Source: an uncultured Prevotellaceae bacterium (GTDB lineage Bacteria; Bacillota_I; Bacilli_A; RFN20; CAG-288). From it: DNA of 64,000 nucleotides. The translations under genes and the position numbers were made by a program. The stretch covers positions 53,557-117,556 of the forward strand of contig CAVJWL010000001.1 in NCBI GenBank assembly GCA_963653505.1, given 5' to 3'. The notes below the pieces were generated by a model. It was not told the DNA's origin. It made no database searches and saw only the letters and a program-made list of their open reading frames with translations. Shown here piece after piece: positions 17,843 to 27,982 of the stretch; position 1 is the first letter of the stretch; each line of letters opens with the position of its first letter.

Positions 17843-19010
17843 TTTTGATAAAGTTGTAGATAGAAGAAATACTGATTCTATAAAATGGGATTTTGAAGAT
17901 GATATGCTACCGATGTGGGTTGCCGATATGGATTTTGAAGTAGCAACTGAAATTCAAGAAGCTTTGAAAAAAAGAATTTCCCATCCAGTGTATGGCTATA
18001 CTTATCCAAGTGATAAATGGTATGAATCATATATCAATTTCTTTAAAGAAATTCATGATTTAAAAATCGAAAAAGGCTGGCTATTATTCTGTACTGGTGT
18101 TGTACCTACTATCTCTTCTAGTGTTAGAAAATTGACCAAACCAAAAGAACACGTTGTCATCACAACTCCTGTTTATAATATTTTCTTCAACAGTATCATC
18201 AACAATGATAGGATTCCATTAGAAGTTCCTCTTATCAAAAAAGAAGATGATCAATATTATTTTGATTTTGATAAGTTAGAAGAAGCCTTTAAAAGAGATG
18301 ATGTCTCTTTATTCATCTTATGCAATCCTCAAAATCCAGTCGGAAGAATTTGGAGTAAAGAAGAACTTGATAAAGTAGGACAGTTAGCTAAAAAATATAA
18401 TGTTACAGTATTGAGTGATGAAATTCACTGTGAAATAACAAGACCTGGTAAAGAATATACCCCATTTATCAAAGCCAATGATATCAATAAAGATATCTGT
18501 GTGATGGCAATATCTGTCACTAAAACTTTCAATCTTGCTGGAATTCAAACAAGTGCGATAGTCATACCAGATGAAGAACTTAGAAAGAAAGTGAATTGGC
18601 AAATCAACACTGATGAAGTAGCTGAACCAAATATTTTTAGCTGTGTTGCTGCAATTGCAGCACTAAATGAAGGTAGAGAATGGCTTGATGAGATGAGAAA
18701 AGTAGTCTTTAGAAATAGAGATATTGTCGAAGAATTCATTCAAAACGAAATCAAAGAATTGAAAGTCATCAAAGGAGATGCCACATATCTCCTATGGATA
18801 GATACCAGTAGATTATGCAATAAATCAAGTGAATTTGTTCAATTCTTAAAAGAAAAAACAAGACTTATAGTCAGCGATGGTTATGTCTATGGTAAAACTG
18901 GTGAAAATTATTTTAGACTCAATGTCGCCTGTCCTTTAAAAACATTAAATGACGGACTCAGTCGACTAAAAAAAGGTGTTGAACTATTTAAACTAGAAAA
19001 AGGAATCTAA
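17829..19010 (+). CDS. PLP-dependent C-S lyase/aminotransferase of the PatB/MalY family (cystathionine beta-lyase-like)
   Basis: Start chosen at ATG 17829 (MSKYDFDKVVDRRNTDSIKWD); the track start at 17811 is TTG. The PLP-lysine motif SVTKTFNLAG is present. Confidence 0.85.
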   Translation: MSKYDFDKVVDRRNTDSIKWDFEDDMLPMWVADMDFEVATEIQEALKKRISHPVYGYTYPSDKWYESYINFFKEIHDLKIEKGWLLFCTGVVPTISSSVRKLTKPKEHVVITTPVYNIFFNSIINNDRIPLEVPLIKKEDDQYYFDFDKLEEAFKRDDVSLFILCNPQNPVGRIWSKEELDKVGQLAKKYNVTVLSDEIHCEITRPGKEYTPFIKANDINKDICVMAISVTKTFNLAGIQTSAIVIPDEELRKKVNWQINTDEVAEPNIFSCVAAIAALNEGREWLDEMRKVVFRNRDIVEEFIQNEIKELKVIKGDATYLLWIDTSRLCNKSSEFVQFLKEKTRLIVSDGYVYGKTGENYFRLNVACPLKTLNDGLSRLKKGVELFKLEKGI

Positions 19011-19018
19011 AACTAGAA

Positions 19019-19050
19019 AAGGTCTTGCGTGCTGCAAGACCTTTATTTAT
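19019..19050. terminator. Bidirectional terminator between two convergent genes
   Basis: Stem AAAGGTCTTGC / GCAAGACCTTT with a 5-nt loop. It is U-rich on both flanks. Confidence 0.6.
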
Positions 19051-19671
19051 TTAGTTATCCTTATAAATATCTCTGATCAAATCAGCGATATTTTTTGCCA
19101 TCTGTTTGATGTTTGCGTTGCTAGTGTTGATCATCAAATCATAAGAGGATTTATCTCCCCATTTTTTACCGGTGTAGAATTCATAGAAACTCTTTCTTTT
19201 TTTATCAGTCATCTTGATATTCTTGATGAGTTCTTTATCGGTGATAGTTTCTCCATCTTTCAATCTTGATTTACAACGATTAACTTTGCTATCCATATCA
19301 GCATAGACAAAGATATTGAAAGGCTTGAATTCTCTAAGAGTGTAATCAGCACCTCTACCGATGATGATACAACTAGATTTTGCTGCGATCTCTTTGAGGA
19401 TATCGTTTTGTAATGAATGAACATCGATATTCTGTTCAAGTGCTACATCCTTATAATATAAGAAAGAATTGCCAAAATGTAAGGTTGGAATTGAATACGG
19501 ACGTTTTTCACTCACTTCTTCAATATATGTCATTCCATATGGCGAACGTTTTTTCACTTCTTCTAATATTTCCTTATCATAATAAGGAATGTGCAATTCA
19601 TCAGCTAATCTCTTACCTAATTCTCTACCTCCAGAACCGAATTCTCTACCAATTGTGATTATATAGTTCAT
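19051..19671 (-). CDS. Cytidylate kinase-like family protein (PF13189-type P-loop protein of unknown role)
   Basis: AAGGAG Shine-Dalgarno sequence. The N-terminus MNYIITIGREFGSGGRELGKRLADELHIPYYD is typical of this family. Confidence 0.7.
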   Translation of the reverse strand: MNYIITIGREFGSGGRELGKRLADELHIPYYDKEILEEVKKRSPYGMTYIEEVSEKRPYSIPTLHFGNSFLYYKDVALEQNIDVHSLQNDILKEIAAKSSCIIIGRGADYTLREFKPFNIFVYADMDSKVNRCKSRLKDGETITDKELIKNIKMTDKKRKSFYEFYTGKKWGDKSSYDLMINTSNANIKQMAKNIADLIRDIYKDN

Positions 19672-19706
19672 CTTAAGTTCTCCTTTTTTTATAATGAATT
19701 AGTTTC

Positions 19707-20594
19707 TTATTTGTTTAAGAAATCTTGAATATCTTTAATAACATCTTTTTTCTTATCTTCATTTAGGATTTCATGTCTCATCTTGGTGTGAACTTTTAAG
19801 GTTACATCTTTGACACCTAAATCTTTATACATCTTATAAAGGGCTTCATTACCTTTTTTACCGCCGACTGGATCTTCATCCCCGCAGATTATCAAGATGT
19901 GTTCATCTTTAGAAATCTTAGCTTTGTAATCACTCTTATAAAGTGTTGCCATTCCTTTTAAGAATTCATGATAGAAACCGTTGGTGTTGCTAGCTCCACA
20001 ATAAGGATCAGCTACATATTTTTTGATGTTTTCTTCGTTGTATGATAACCAATCAAGCTTTGTCTTTTGACCTTTTACCTTATAACCACCGACAGTCAAT
20101 TTATTGATGAAATGACTTGGTTTATCCCAATTTGCTTTGGTTGTGGTGATATGAGATAAGAATTTAGCGAGCCAATAAGGTGCTCCTGGACCATTTGATG
20201 ACATGATGATTATTTTATCAACAGTATTTGGATAATTCTCTAAATAGCTTTGCATAAAGAAAGAACCCATCGAATGTCCCATCATATAGACAGGTAATCC
20301 TTGTTTTCTAAGTTCTTGAACTTTTAAATTCAAGGCTTTTAAAGTCTTTACCCAAGCATCACGTGGCCATTTTTGTTGATCTTCGACACTTTTTGCATTT
20401 TCTCCTTGCCCGAAATGATCCATGACATGAACTGAGAAACCTTCTTTATTCATCTCTAAAGCAAAATCTTTATATCTAGCTGAATATTCTTGCATACCAG
20501 TTAAGACTAAAAAATTAGCTTTTGGATTTTCTATCACATAATCATTTCCGAATAATGTATGTTCATCATTTATCTTCACTTGGAATTTTGCCAT
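19707..20594 (-). CDS. Alpha/beta hydrolase (lysophospholipase/monoacylglycerol lipase-like)
   Basis: AAGGAGG Shine-Dalgarno sequence. Nucleophile elbow GHSMGS and a C-terminal His-containing region. Confidence 0.75.
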   Translation of the reverse strand: MAKFQVKINDEHTLFGNDYVIENPKANFLVLTGMQEYSARYKDFALEMNKEGFSVHVMDHFGQGENAKSVEDQQKWPRDAWVKTLKALNLKVQELRKQGLPVYMMGHSMGSFFMQSYLENYPNTVDKIIIMSSNGPGAPYWLAKFLSHITTTKANWDKPSHFINKLTVGGYKVKGQKTKLDWLSYNEENIKKYVADPYCGASNTNGFYHEFLKGMATLYKSDYKAKISKDEHILIICGDEDPVGGKKGNEALYKMYKDLGVKDVTLKVHTKMRHEILNEDKKKDVIKDIQDFLNK

Positions 20595-20760
20595 AACTAC
20601 CTCCTTATTTAATTAAATTTTACCACGGAAAGCCCTTTTTTATAAGATAATTTTAAATTTTATTTTAGACAATTTTAAAATTTTGATAAAATTTCTCTTT
20701 TTGAATTAGAAAACACCGTTTTTATTATAGATTTTTTAAATTTTTGTTTAAAATAGATGG

Positions 20761-20784
20761 AAACTTAAAAATTTTTTTAAGTTT
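20761..20784. promoter_or_regulatory. Perfect AT-rich palindrome AAACTTAAAAA-tt-TTTTTAAGTTT upstream of the glycerol operon
   Basis: 11-bp inverted-repeat arms, about 60 nt upstream of the glpA-like start, in the divergent promoter region. Confidence 0.25.
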
Positions 20785-20843
20785 CTCTTGAAAGAGCTTT
20801 CAATTAGTTATTTAATAATAGCAGTAGAAAAAGAGGTAAAAAA

Positions 20844-22295
20844 ATGAAATATGATATCTTGATTATTGGAAGTGGAATCACCGGTGCTTCTATCGCATTC
20901 GAATTATCAAAATACGATTTAAAAGTTGCTGTCATCGAAAAAGAAAATGATGTCTCAATGATGACTACAAAAGCTAATTCTGGAATTATTCATGCTGGAT
21001 ATGATCCAAAACCAGGAACTAAGATGGCAAGACTCAATGTCTTAGGAAACAAAATGGTTCATGATTTATATCCATTGATGAATTTTTCTTTTTCACCATG
21101 CGGATCATTAGTCATCGGTAAAACTGAAGAAGAACATGAAATGATTGACACTCTTTATAAAAGAGGTGTTGAAAATGGAGTTCCTGAATTATATGTATTG
21201 AAAACTAAAGAAGAAGTTCACGCTGTTGAACCATATTTAAATGATGACATCGATTATGCCTTATATAGTAAAACAGCAGGTATTGTCTCTCCTTGGGAAC
21301 TATGCTTAGCCCTTGCATATAATGCTAAGGTCAATGGTGTCGATTTTTATTTTGATTCCAAAGTCATCGATATCGATTTAAAAAATGATACTTATTTAGT
21401 AAAAACAACCAAAGATACTTTTGAAGGAAAATATGTCATCAACTGCGCTGGTTTATTTGCTGATGACATTTACAAGATGGCCTTAAAAGGTAAAGCTGAA
21501 GGATTTGAAATCAAACCTTGTAAAGGTGAATATTTCCTCTTAGATAAAGAACAAGGATACTTATCTAAACAAGTCATCTTCCAATGCCCTACTAAATTAG
21601 GAAAAGGTGTATTAGTCACTAAAACAGTTCACGGTAACTTATTAGTCGGTCCAAATGCCTCCTATGACTGCGATAAAGAAGACACCTCAACAACATCTGA
21701 TGCTTTGAATTTCATCAAAGAGAAATCTAAATACAGCGTCGATAAGATCAACTTCATGACCAATATTCGTAATTTTACTGGAGAGAGAGCATCAATAGAT
21801 GGATATGATGATTTCCTCATTGAAGAAAGCAAATATTTAAAAGGCTTCATCAATTTTGCAGGTATCAAATCGCCAGGACTTTCTTCAGCTGTTGCCTTTG
21901 GTAGTGAAGCTAAAGAAATTCTTTCAAAAGATGGAGTTGTCTTCAAAGAAAAAGAAAACTTTGAATATTACAAGATGGAAACTCATTTCAGAGATTTATC
22001 CTTAGAAGAAAAAGAAGCTAAAATCAAAGAAAATAAATATTATGGGCAAGTCATTTGCCGTTGTGAAACTGTGACAGAAGCTGAAATATTGAATGCAATT
22101 CATGCTCCAATTCCTGGAACAACAATCGATGCTATCAAGAGAAGATGCAATGCTGGAATGGGAAGATGTCAAGGTGGTTTCTGCTCACCGAAGATATTGA
22201 AAATATTGATGAATGAATTGCATTTATCATTTGATGAAGTATATCAAGATAAAACTGGAAGCAAAGTCTTGGTCGGTAAAACAAAGGAGAACTAG
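20844..22295 (+). CDS. FAD-dependent glycerol-3-phosphate dehydrogenase-like oxidoreductase (GlpA family) with a C-terminal BFD-like [2Fe-2S] domain
   Basis: N-terminal dinucleotide motif YDILIIGSGITGASIA. C-terminal cysteine cluster CRCETVTEAEI...RRCNAGMGRCQGGFC. Confidence 0.8.
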   Translation: MKYDILIIGSGITGASIAFELSKYDLKVAVIEKENDVSMMTTKANSGIIHAGYDPKPGTKMARLNVLGNKMVHDLYPLMNFSFSPCGSLVIGKTEEEHEMIDTLYKRGVENGVPELYVLKTKEEVHAVEPYLNDDIDYALYSKTAGIVSPWELCLALAYNAKVNGVDFYFDSKVIDIDLKNDTYLVKTTKDTFEGKYVINCAGLFADDIYKMALKGKAEGFEIKPCKGEYFLLDKEQGYLSKQVIFQCPTKLGKGVLVTKTVHGNLLVGPNASYDCDKEDTSTTSDALNFIKEKSKYSVDKINFMTNIRNFTGERASIDGYDDFLIEESKYLKGFINFAGIKSPGLSSAVAFGSEAKEILSKDGVVFKEKENFEYYKMETHFRDLSLEEKEAKIKENKYYGQVICRCETVTEAEILNAIHAPIPGTTIDAIKRRCNAGMGRCQGGFCSPKILKILMNELHLSFDEVYQDKTGSKVLVGKTKEN

Positions 22296-22299
22296 TTAA

Positions 22300-23562
22300 A
22301 TGGAAGAAAGAGATTTAGTCATCATCGGTGGTGGACCTGCTGGACTTGCTTGCTGTTATGGTGCTTATAAAGAAGGAATTAAAGATATTCTCATCATAGA
22401 AAGAGATGAGGTATTAGGCGGTATTTTAAATCAATGTATTCATAATGGTTTTGGACTTCACAGATTCAAAGAAGAATTGACAGGACCAGAATACGCCTCT
22501 AGATATATCGATATCATCAAAGAGACTTCAGTTGAAATAAGAACTAATACGATGGCAATCGATTTATCTGAGGATAAAGTCATCACCATCATTTCCGCTA
22601 AAAAAGGATTAGAACAGATTAAAGCTAAAGCAGTAGTTTTAGCTATGGGATGTAGAGAAAGACCACGTGGTGCAATTTTAACACCAGGAGATAGAGTTGC
22701 CGGCATTTATACAGCTGGTACTGCTCAAAAATATTGCAATATCGATGGATATCTTGTCGGAAAAAGAATTGTCATTTTAGGATCTGGTGATATCGGACTT
22801 ATCATGGCAAGACGTATGACACTTGAAGGTGCAAAGGTCTTAGCTGATGTCGAATTATGTCCATATTCAAACGGATTGAATAGAAATATCGTTCAATGTT
22901 TAAATGATTATGATATTCCTTTATATCTCTCACACACTGTCACTGATATCAAAGCAGATGATGAACATCACAGAGTTAAAAGTGTCACTATCTCTAAAGT
23001 TGATGAGAAAAGAAATGTCATCCCTGGAACTGAGATTACCTTTGAATGCGATACTCTTCTTCTTTCTGTCGGTCTCATCCCTGAAAATGAATTATCTAAA
23101 AAAGCCAATGTCCAATTAGATTCTCGCACTAAAGGACCAGTTGTCTTTGATAATTTAGAGACAGAGAAAGAAGGAATCTTCGCCTGTGGTAATGTCTTAC
23201 AAGTCCATGATTTAGTCGACAATGTTTCCAATGAAGGTGAAAGAGCAGGAAGAAATGCTGCTTTATATATCAAGAATGGTGAAAATGCTAAAGATAGTAT
23301 CAAAATCGTTCCTGGAAATGGCATCTCCTATTGCTGCCCTCAATATTGTCATAAAGATTTGAGTGAAAACAAATTCAATGTTTATTTCAGAGTTCGCGCT
23401 CCAAAAGAAAATGTCAAATTAGTCGTCAAGAAAGATGGAAAAGAAATCTCATCTATCAAGAAGATTAGATTAGCTCCATCAGAGATGGAAAATTTCGCAA
23501 TTAAAAAAGAAGATTTACAAGATGCAACTAGCATTGAAATATCTTTGGAGGAAAGCTTATGA
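22300..23562 (+). CDS. FAD/NAD(P)-binding pyridine-nucleotide-disulfide-type oxidoreductase (glpA partner subunit)
   Basis: LVIIGGGPAGLA motif, with a second Rossmann motif ILGSGDIGLIMA. Confidence 0.8.
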   Translation: MEERDLVIIGGGPAGLACCYGAYKEGIKDILIIERDEVLGGILNQCIHNGFGLHRFKEELTGPEYASRYIDIIKETSVEIRTNTMAIDLSEDKVITIISAKKGLEQIKAKAVVLAMGCRERPRGAILTPGDRVAGIYTAGTAQKYCNIDGYLVGKRIVILGSGDIGLIMARRMTLEGAKVLADVELCPYSNGLNRNIVQCLNDYDIPLYLSHTVTDIKADDEHHRVKSVTISKVDEKRNVIPGTEITFECDTLLLSVGLIPENELSKKANVQLDSRTKGPVVFDNLETEKEGIFACGNVLQVHDLVDNVSNEGERAGRNAALYIKNGENAKDSIKIVPGNGISYCCPQYCHKDLSENKFNVYFRVRAPKENVKLVVKKDGKEISSIKKIRLAPSEMENFAIKKEDLQDATSIEISLEESL

Positions 23563-23912
23563 TCAGAGATTTGATATGTATCAATTGCCCTAGAGGCTGT
23601 CATTTAAAAGTTGATGATGAAACTTTAGAAGTCACTGGTAATTTCTGCCTTCGCGGTAAAAACTACGGTATTTCTGAAGTCACTGCTCCAAAAAGAACCA
23701 TCACAAGCACAGTTAAAGTAGTTGATGGAACTATCGATAGATGTTCTATTAAAACTGCTGCTCCAATCGATAAGAACAAGATTTTTGAAGTGATGGAACT
23801 TATCAATAAGGTAGAAGTCAAAGCTCCGGTTAAAATGCATCAAGTGATCATCGAAAATATTTTAGGAAGCGGTGTAGATGTCATCGCAACTAAAGAAGTG
23901 GAGAAAAGATGA
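23559..23912 (+). CDS. DUF1667 family small Cys-rich protein
   Basis: ATGA overlap with the upstream gene. [13 protein letters not shown] motif. Confidence 0.8.
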   Translation: MIRDLICINCPRGCHLKVDDETLEVTGNFCLRGKNYGISEVTAPKRTITSTVKVVDGTIDRCSIKTAAPIDKNKIFEVMELINKVEVKAPVKMHQVIIENILGSGVDVIATKEVEKR

Positions 23913-25456
23913 TGGCAAACGAAGAAAGTGTTAAAACAGGAGTTGATACTGCTAAAAAAAGAAGATATATCATCGCCCTTGATCAAGGAACTACCTCATC
24001 TCGTTGTATCATTTTCGATAATTTTGGTGAGATCATTCAAGTAGTTCAAAAAGAATTTAAACAAATATTTCCACAATCTGGATGGGTAGAACATGATCCG
24101 ATGGAAATCTATGCAAGTCAGTATTCTGTCATGACCGAAGCTATCGCTCAAAGCGGTATTAAGCCATATCATATCAGAGCTATCGGTATCACCAATCAAA
24201 GAGAAACAACGATTGTTTGGGATAAAAATACTGGAAAACCGATTTACAATGCTATCGTCTGGCAATGCCGTAGAACTGCTCAGATTGTCGAACAGATGAA
24301 AAAAGATGAAGAGATGGCAAATTATATCCATGAGACAACTGGTCTTGTTATGGATGCTTATTTCTCAGCTACCAAAATCAAATGGATTTTAGATAATGTT
24401 GAAGGGGCTAAAGAAAAAGCTAAAAATGGTGATTTGTTATTCGGAACTGTCGATACTTGGTTGATGTGGAAATTGACAGGTGGAAAAGTCTTTGCCACTG
24501 ATTATACAAATGCCTCAAGAACGATGTTATACGATATTCATAATCTCTGCTGGGATAAGAAAATCTGTGATTATTTAGATATCCCGATGAATATGTTACC
24601 TGAAGTCAAAGATAGCTCAGGAATCTTCGGATATGTATCTATCTTTGATACTGAAATACCGATAGCGGGTGTAGCTGGTGATCAACAAGCTGCCTTATTT
24701 GGTCAAACATGTTTTAAAAAGGGAGAAGTTAAAACCACTTATGGAACAGGTTGTTTCTTGCTTATGAACATCGGAAATAAAGCTGTATTATCTAAAAATG
24801 GCTTGATCACAACCCTCATTGCTAGCCGTGATTCTAAAGGAAGACCAGAATACGCCCTTGAAGGCTCGGTCTTTGTCGGTGGGGCTATCATCCAATGGAT
24901 TAGAGATAAGATGCGTTTTATCGTCGATAGCAAAGATAGCGAATATTTCGCTACTAAATGTGAAGATAACGGCGGTGTTTATTTAGTGCCAGCTTTCACA
25001 GGTCTAGGTGCTCCATATTGGGATATGTATGCTAGAGGTACGATGTTTGGAATCACTCGCGGTACTACAAGAGATCAAATAATCAGAGCAAGTTTAGAAA
25101 GTATTGCCTATCAAGTCAGCGATGTCATTGAAGCGATGAAAAATGATACTGGCTTAAAAATAAAATCAATCAAAGTTGATGGCGGTGCTAGTAAGAATAA
25201 TTTCTTGATGCAATTTCAAAGCGATATCGCCGATGTCAAAACAATAAGAATTCAAACCAATGAGACAACTGCCTTAGGTGCTTTCTATCTTGCCGCTCTT
25301 GCAATCGGGATGTTCAAATCAAAAGAAGAAATCAAAGCCTTTGAAAAGAAAGATAAAGAATTCAAGCCGATGATGAAAGAAGAAGACAAGAATAAATATC
25401 TCAAAAAATGGCATAAAGCCGTTAAAATGTGCCGTGGATGGGAAGATGAGGATTGA
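23909..25456 (+). CDS. glpK: Glycerol kinase
   Basis: ATGA overlap with the upstream gene. FGGY kinase N-terminus [18 protein letters not shown]...GWVEHDP. Confidence 0.95.
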   Translation: MMANEESVKTGVDTAKKRRYIIALDQGTTSSRCIIFDNFGEIIQVVQKEFKQIFPQSGWVEHDPMEIYASQYSVMTEAIAQSGIKPYHIRAIGITNQRETTIVWDKNTGKPIYNAIVWQCRRTAQIVEQMKKDEEMANYIHETTGLVMDAYFSATKIKWILDNVEGAKEKAKNGDLLFGTVDTWLMWKLTGGKVFATDYTNASRTMLYDIHNLCWDKKICDYLDIPMNMLPEVKDSSGIFGYVSIFDTEIPIAGVAGDQQAALFGQTCFKKGEVKTTYGTGCFLLMNIGNKAVLSKNGLITTLIASRDSKGRPEYALEGSVFVGGAIIQWIRDKMRFIVDSKDSEYFATKCEDNGGVYLVPAFTGLGAPYWDMYARGTMFGITRGTTRDQIIRASLESIAYQVSDVIEAMKNDTGLKIKSIKVDGGASKNNFLMQFQSDIADVKTIRIQTNETTALGAFYLAALAIGMFKSKEEIKAFEKKDKEFKPMMKEEDKNKYLKKWHKAVKMCRGWEDED

Positions 25457-25564
25457 TGTTAAGGGGTTTCATACATATTCTAAAATATTAAATCAGTTAA
25501 ATATCAGAATATAGATAGCGCTTTCATAAAATCGAAAATTCAAATTTTTGCAAAAAAAATACTC

Positions 25565-25592
25565 AAAAAAGCCGATAACTATCGGCTTTTTT
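25565..25592. terminator. Bidirectional Rho-independent terminator
   Basis: AAAAAA, then stem GCCGAT / ATCGGC with loop AACT, then TTTTTT. Confidence 0.8.
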
Positions 25593-25690
25593 AAGAAAAT
25601 GATACAAAATTTATCAAAAAAATTTTACTTCAATAAAAAAATTTAGATAGTTATATTTTTATTAGCCTTTTTTAAAGGGAGGATTTATAA

Positions 25691-27760
25691 ATGAAAAAAC
25701 AAAATTTAGTCGCAATTGCATCACTTGCTATGCTTCTTGCAGGCTGTGGCAATGACTCTAACAGCAAAGCTTCTGCTTCAACTGCTCCATCCGCTTCTAC
25801 AGCTCCTACTTCAACAACTGATAAGACTTCTACAAAGCCAACATCAACAACTAGTACAAAACCTGAATCAACAACTCCAACTCTCCCAGATGAACTCACT
25901 GAAGATGATTTAGGTTATTTGAGCACAAATGATTTGACATTTACTGCTACTTCCACTACTAAAGTTACTGGTAAATCTTCTAGTAGTAGTTCAACTATAA
26001 TTACTTATAAAAAGAATTCAGATATTAAATTAGGTGAAGATTTATATTTAGAAAATGGCACATTAACTGGAACAAATTCTTCTGGTTCTTCTTCAGCAAC
26101 CATTAATCGTGGTTTTTGGAAGGATGATAGTGGTAATGCTTTCTACAATACCGACCCAGATTTAAATAATCAAGTTTCAACCGAAGATACTAAAGTTGAA
26201 TTTGATTCTATGTTTACTAATCCATTCGACTCAACTGATGAATTTGAGGCAATTGATGTTGATGATTTCGGTTATAGTAAGAAAAAATCAAAGAAGAATA
26301 CATATTCTGCTTTTGTTTTAGATGAAGATAAATTAGATGATGAAGATATTGCTACTTTCCTTTTATTAGTCGATAATTTCAACACTGCTAATACTTATGG
26401 TGCAAGTTTAGATTATTATTATAGCTATCTTACTTATAGTATTAATGGTTCTGCATCATATGTAAGCGCTGCTGATCTTTCTATTGATCATTTATATCTC
26501 TATGCTGATACTAATGGTCTTATCGGTATTGATTATGAAATTTCAGCTACTGTAACTCAAACTTCTACTACTTATGGAACAATTACTTATACAATTACTT
26601 CTTCAGTAAATCTTTTAGCTTCTAATGTTGAGGAAACCAATTTGACTAAAGCTGATGTAACTAAGGTTCCATATACAAAGACAGCGGGAGCAGATACTCA
26701 ATATACAGCATTTGATAAGGCGATTACTGGATTAAAGACTGCTACTAACTATTCTCTTTTAATTACTGTTGCTGAAGGGAAAACTAAAATTGGTGGTTAT
26801 GACCTTGCTTTTGTAACTGATGAATATTCAGCAAAATCTTATAATTATAATTCTTTAGGAACAGCTATTGATCAAGATTCTGTTTCTTATTCTGGTGTTC
26901 ATAAAGTCAGCGATGGTGTTTATGATGTTTATGAATCAGATACAGCTGCTGTTGCAAAAGGTAGTAGTCGTGGTTCAGCTGCAACTATGCCAACTGTTGC
27001 CTTCTCTAGTGGAATTTTTGAATATGATGCAACAAAATCTACAGCTGATGATTATGTCTTCACTTTAAGAAGTGCTTATTCTTCTTCTGAAGTCTTAAAG
27101 TTGATGAGTAACCTTTTATATATTTCTATCGATGGTACTTTAAGTGTTACTATTTCAAAAGATGGTGTCTTAAAGAATGTTACAACAGTTTACACTGGTT
27201 CTGCTAGTGCTAATACTAGTTTGACTAATACTTATACTGCTTCCTTTGACTTCTCTAATATTGGAACAACCACAGCTTTATATACAACATTTGAAAATTA
27301 TGTTGCTTATAAGACTCCAACTACATATAAGGAAGTCACTTCTTCAATTTATGATTATGATAATTCAAAATATTTGACTAATACAAATCTTGAAGATTGC
27401 TTAAAGACCTTACTTGGTGATACTACTTATGCAAATCTTCCAGACATCTTCAGCTTATATGATTTAGGCGATGACTATGATTATACTCTTTATTCTCCAA
27501 CAACTTATAAACTTGCTGAAGTTTGTTTCTCTTATGAAACTAGAGATGATGTTGTAACTGCATTAACTGGAATTCTTACAGCTCTTCAAAATGCCGGATA
27601 CACCGTTACACAAAGTACATATGGCTATAATGTTTCATTTACAGGTGGAACTTTATCTATTGGTGCAGGTGCTGCTGATTCAAGTGATGCAAGTGCTGGA
27701 TACCTTATGTATATTGATATTGCAGCAACATCCTCTTCTTCTACAACTACTTCTCTTTAA
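25691..27760 (+). CDS. Large Thr/Ser-rich surface lipoprotein
   Basis: AAAGGGAGG Shine-Dalgarno sequence. Signal peptide with lipobox LLAGC. A T/S/P-rich linker (TSTTDKTSTKPTSTTSTKPESTTPT) is followed by a ~600-aa domain of unknown fold. Confidence 0.8.
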   Translation: MKKQNLVAIASLAMLLAGCGNDSNSKASASTAPSASTAPTSTTDKTSTKPTSTTSTKPESTTPTLPDELTEDDLGYLSTNDLTFTATSTTKVTGKSSSSSSTIITYKKNSDIKLGEDLYLENGTLTGTNSSGSSSATINRGFWKDDSGNAFYNTDPDLNNQVSTEDTKVEFDSMFTNPFDSTDEFEAIDVDDFGYSKKKSKKNTYSAFVLDEDKLDDEDIATFLLLVDNFNTANTYGASLDYYYSYLTYSINGSASYVSAADLSIDHLYLYADTNGLIGIDYEISATVTQTSTTYGTITYTITSSVNLLASNVEETNLTKADVTKVPYTKTAGADTQYTAFDKAITGLKTATNYSLLITVAEGKTKIGGYDLAFVTDEYSAKSYNYNSLGTAIDQDSVSYSGVHKVSDGVYDVYESDTAAVAKGSSRGSAATMPTVAFSSGIFEYDATKSTADDYVFTLRSAYSSSEVLKLMSNLLYISIDGTLSVTISKDGVLKNVTTVYTGSASANTSLTNTYTASFDFSNIGTTTALYTTFENYVAYKTPTTYKEVTSSIYDYDNSKYLTNTNLEDCLKTLLGDTTYANLPDIFSLYDLGDDYDYTLYSPTTYKLAEVCFSYETRDDVVTALTGILTALQNAGYTVTQSTYGYNVSFTGGTLSIGAGAADSSDASAGYLMYIDIAATSSSSTTTSL

Positions 27761-27776
27761 TTAAAATTTTGATTTC

Positions 27777-27805
27777 AACTGCTCCTTTAGTGGGGCAGTT
27801 TTTTA
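27777..27805 (+). terminator. Rho-independent terminator
   Basis: Stem AACTGCTCC / GGGGCAGTT, loop TTTAGT, then T7. Confidence 0.75.
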
Positions 27806-27918
27806 GACATTAAAAATAGTTTAAATATTGATAAACTAATATTTATAGAAAAAATTAAATATTAGAATTGTTTATTTGACTATTTTGCTTAATTTTTTGA
27901 AAATTGAAAATTATTTTG

Positions 27919-27947
27919 TTGAAACCTATTTCATAAATTACTATAAT
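27919..27947 (+). promoter_or_regulatory. Consensus-like sigma-A promoter of tig
   Basis: TTGAAA, a 17-nt spacer, then TATAAT, about 35 nt upstream of the tig start. Confidence 0.5.
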
Positions 27948-27982
27948 TAAAAGGCTTGTTAAATATTTTTAAGGAGAAAAAT

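Noticed and set aside
25780-25880. Short direct repeats resembling a tandem-repeat or CRISPR-like array
   Set aside because: They lie inside the coding sequence of the T/S-rich linker of the lipoprotein (ACT/ACA/TCT codon runs) and have no spacer-repeat regularity. This is coding low complexity, not an array.
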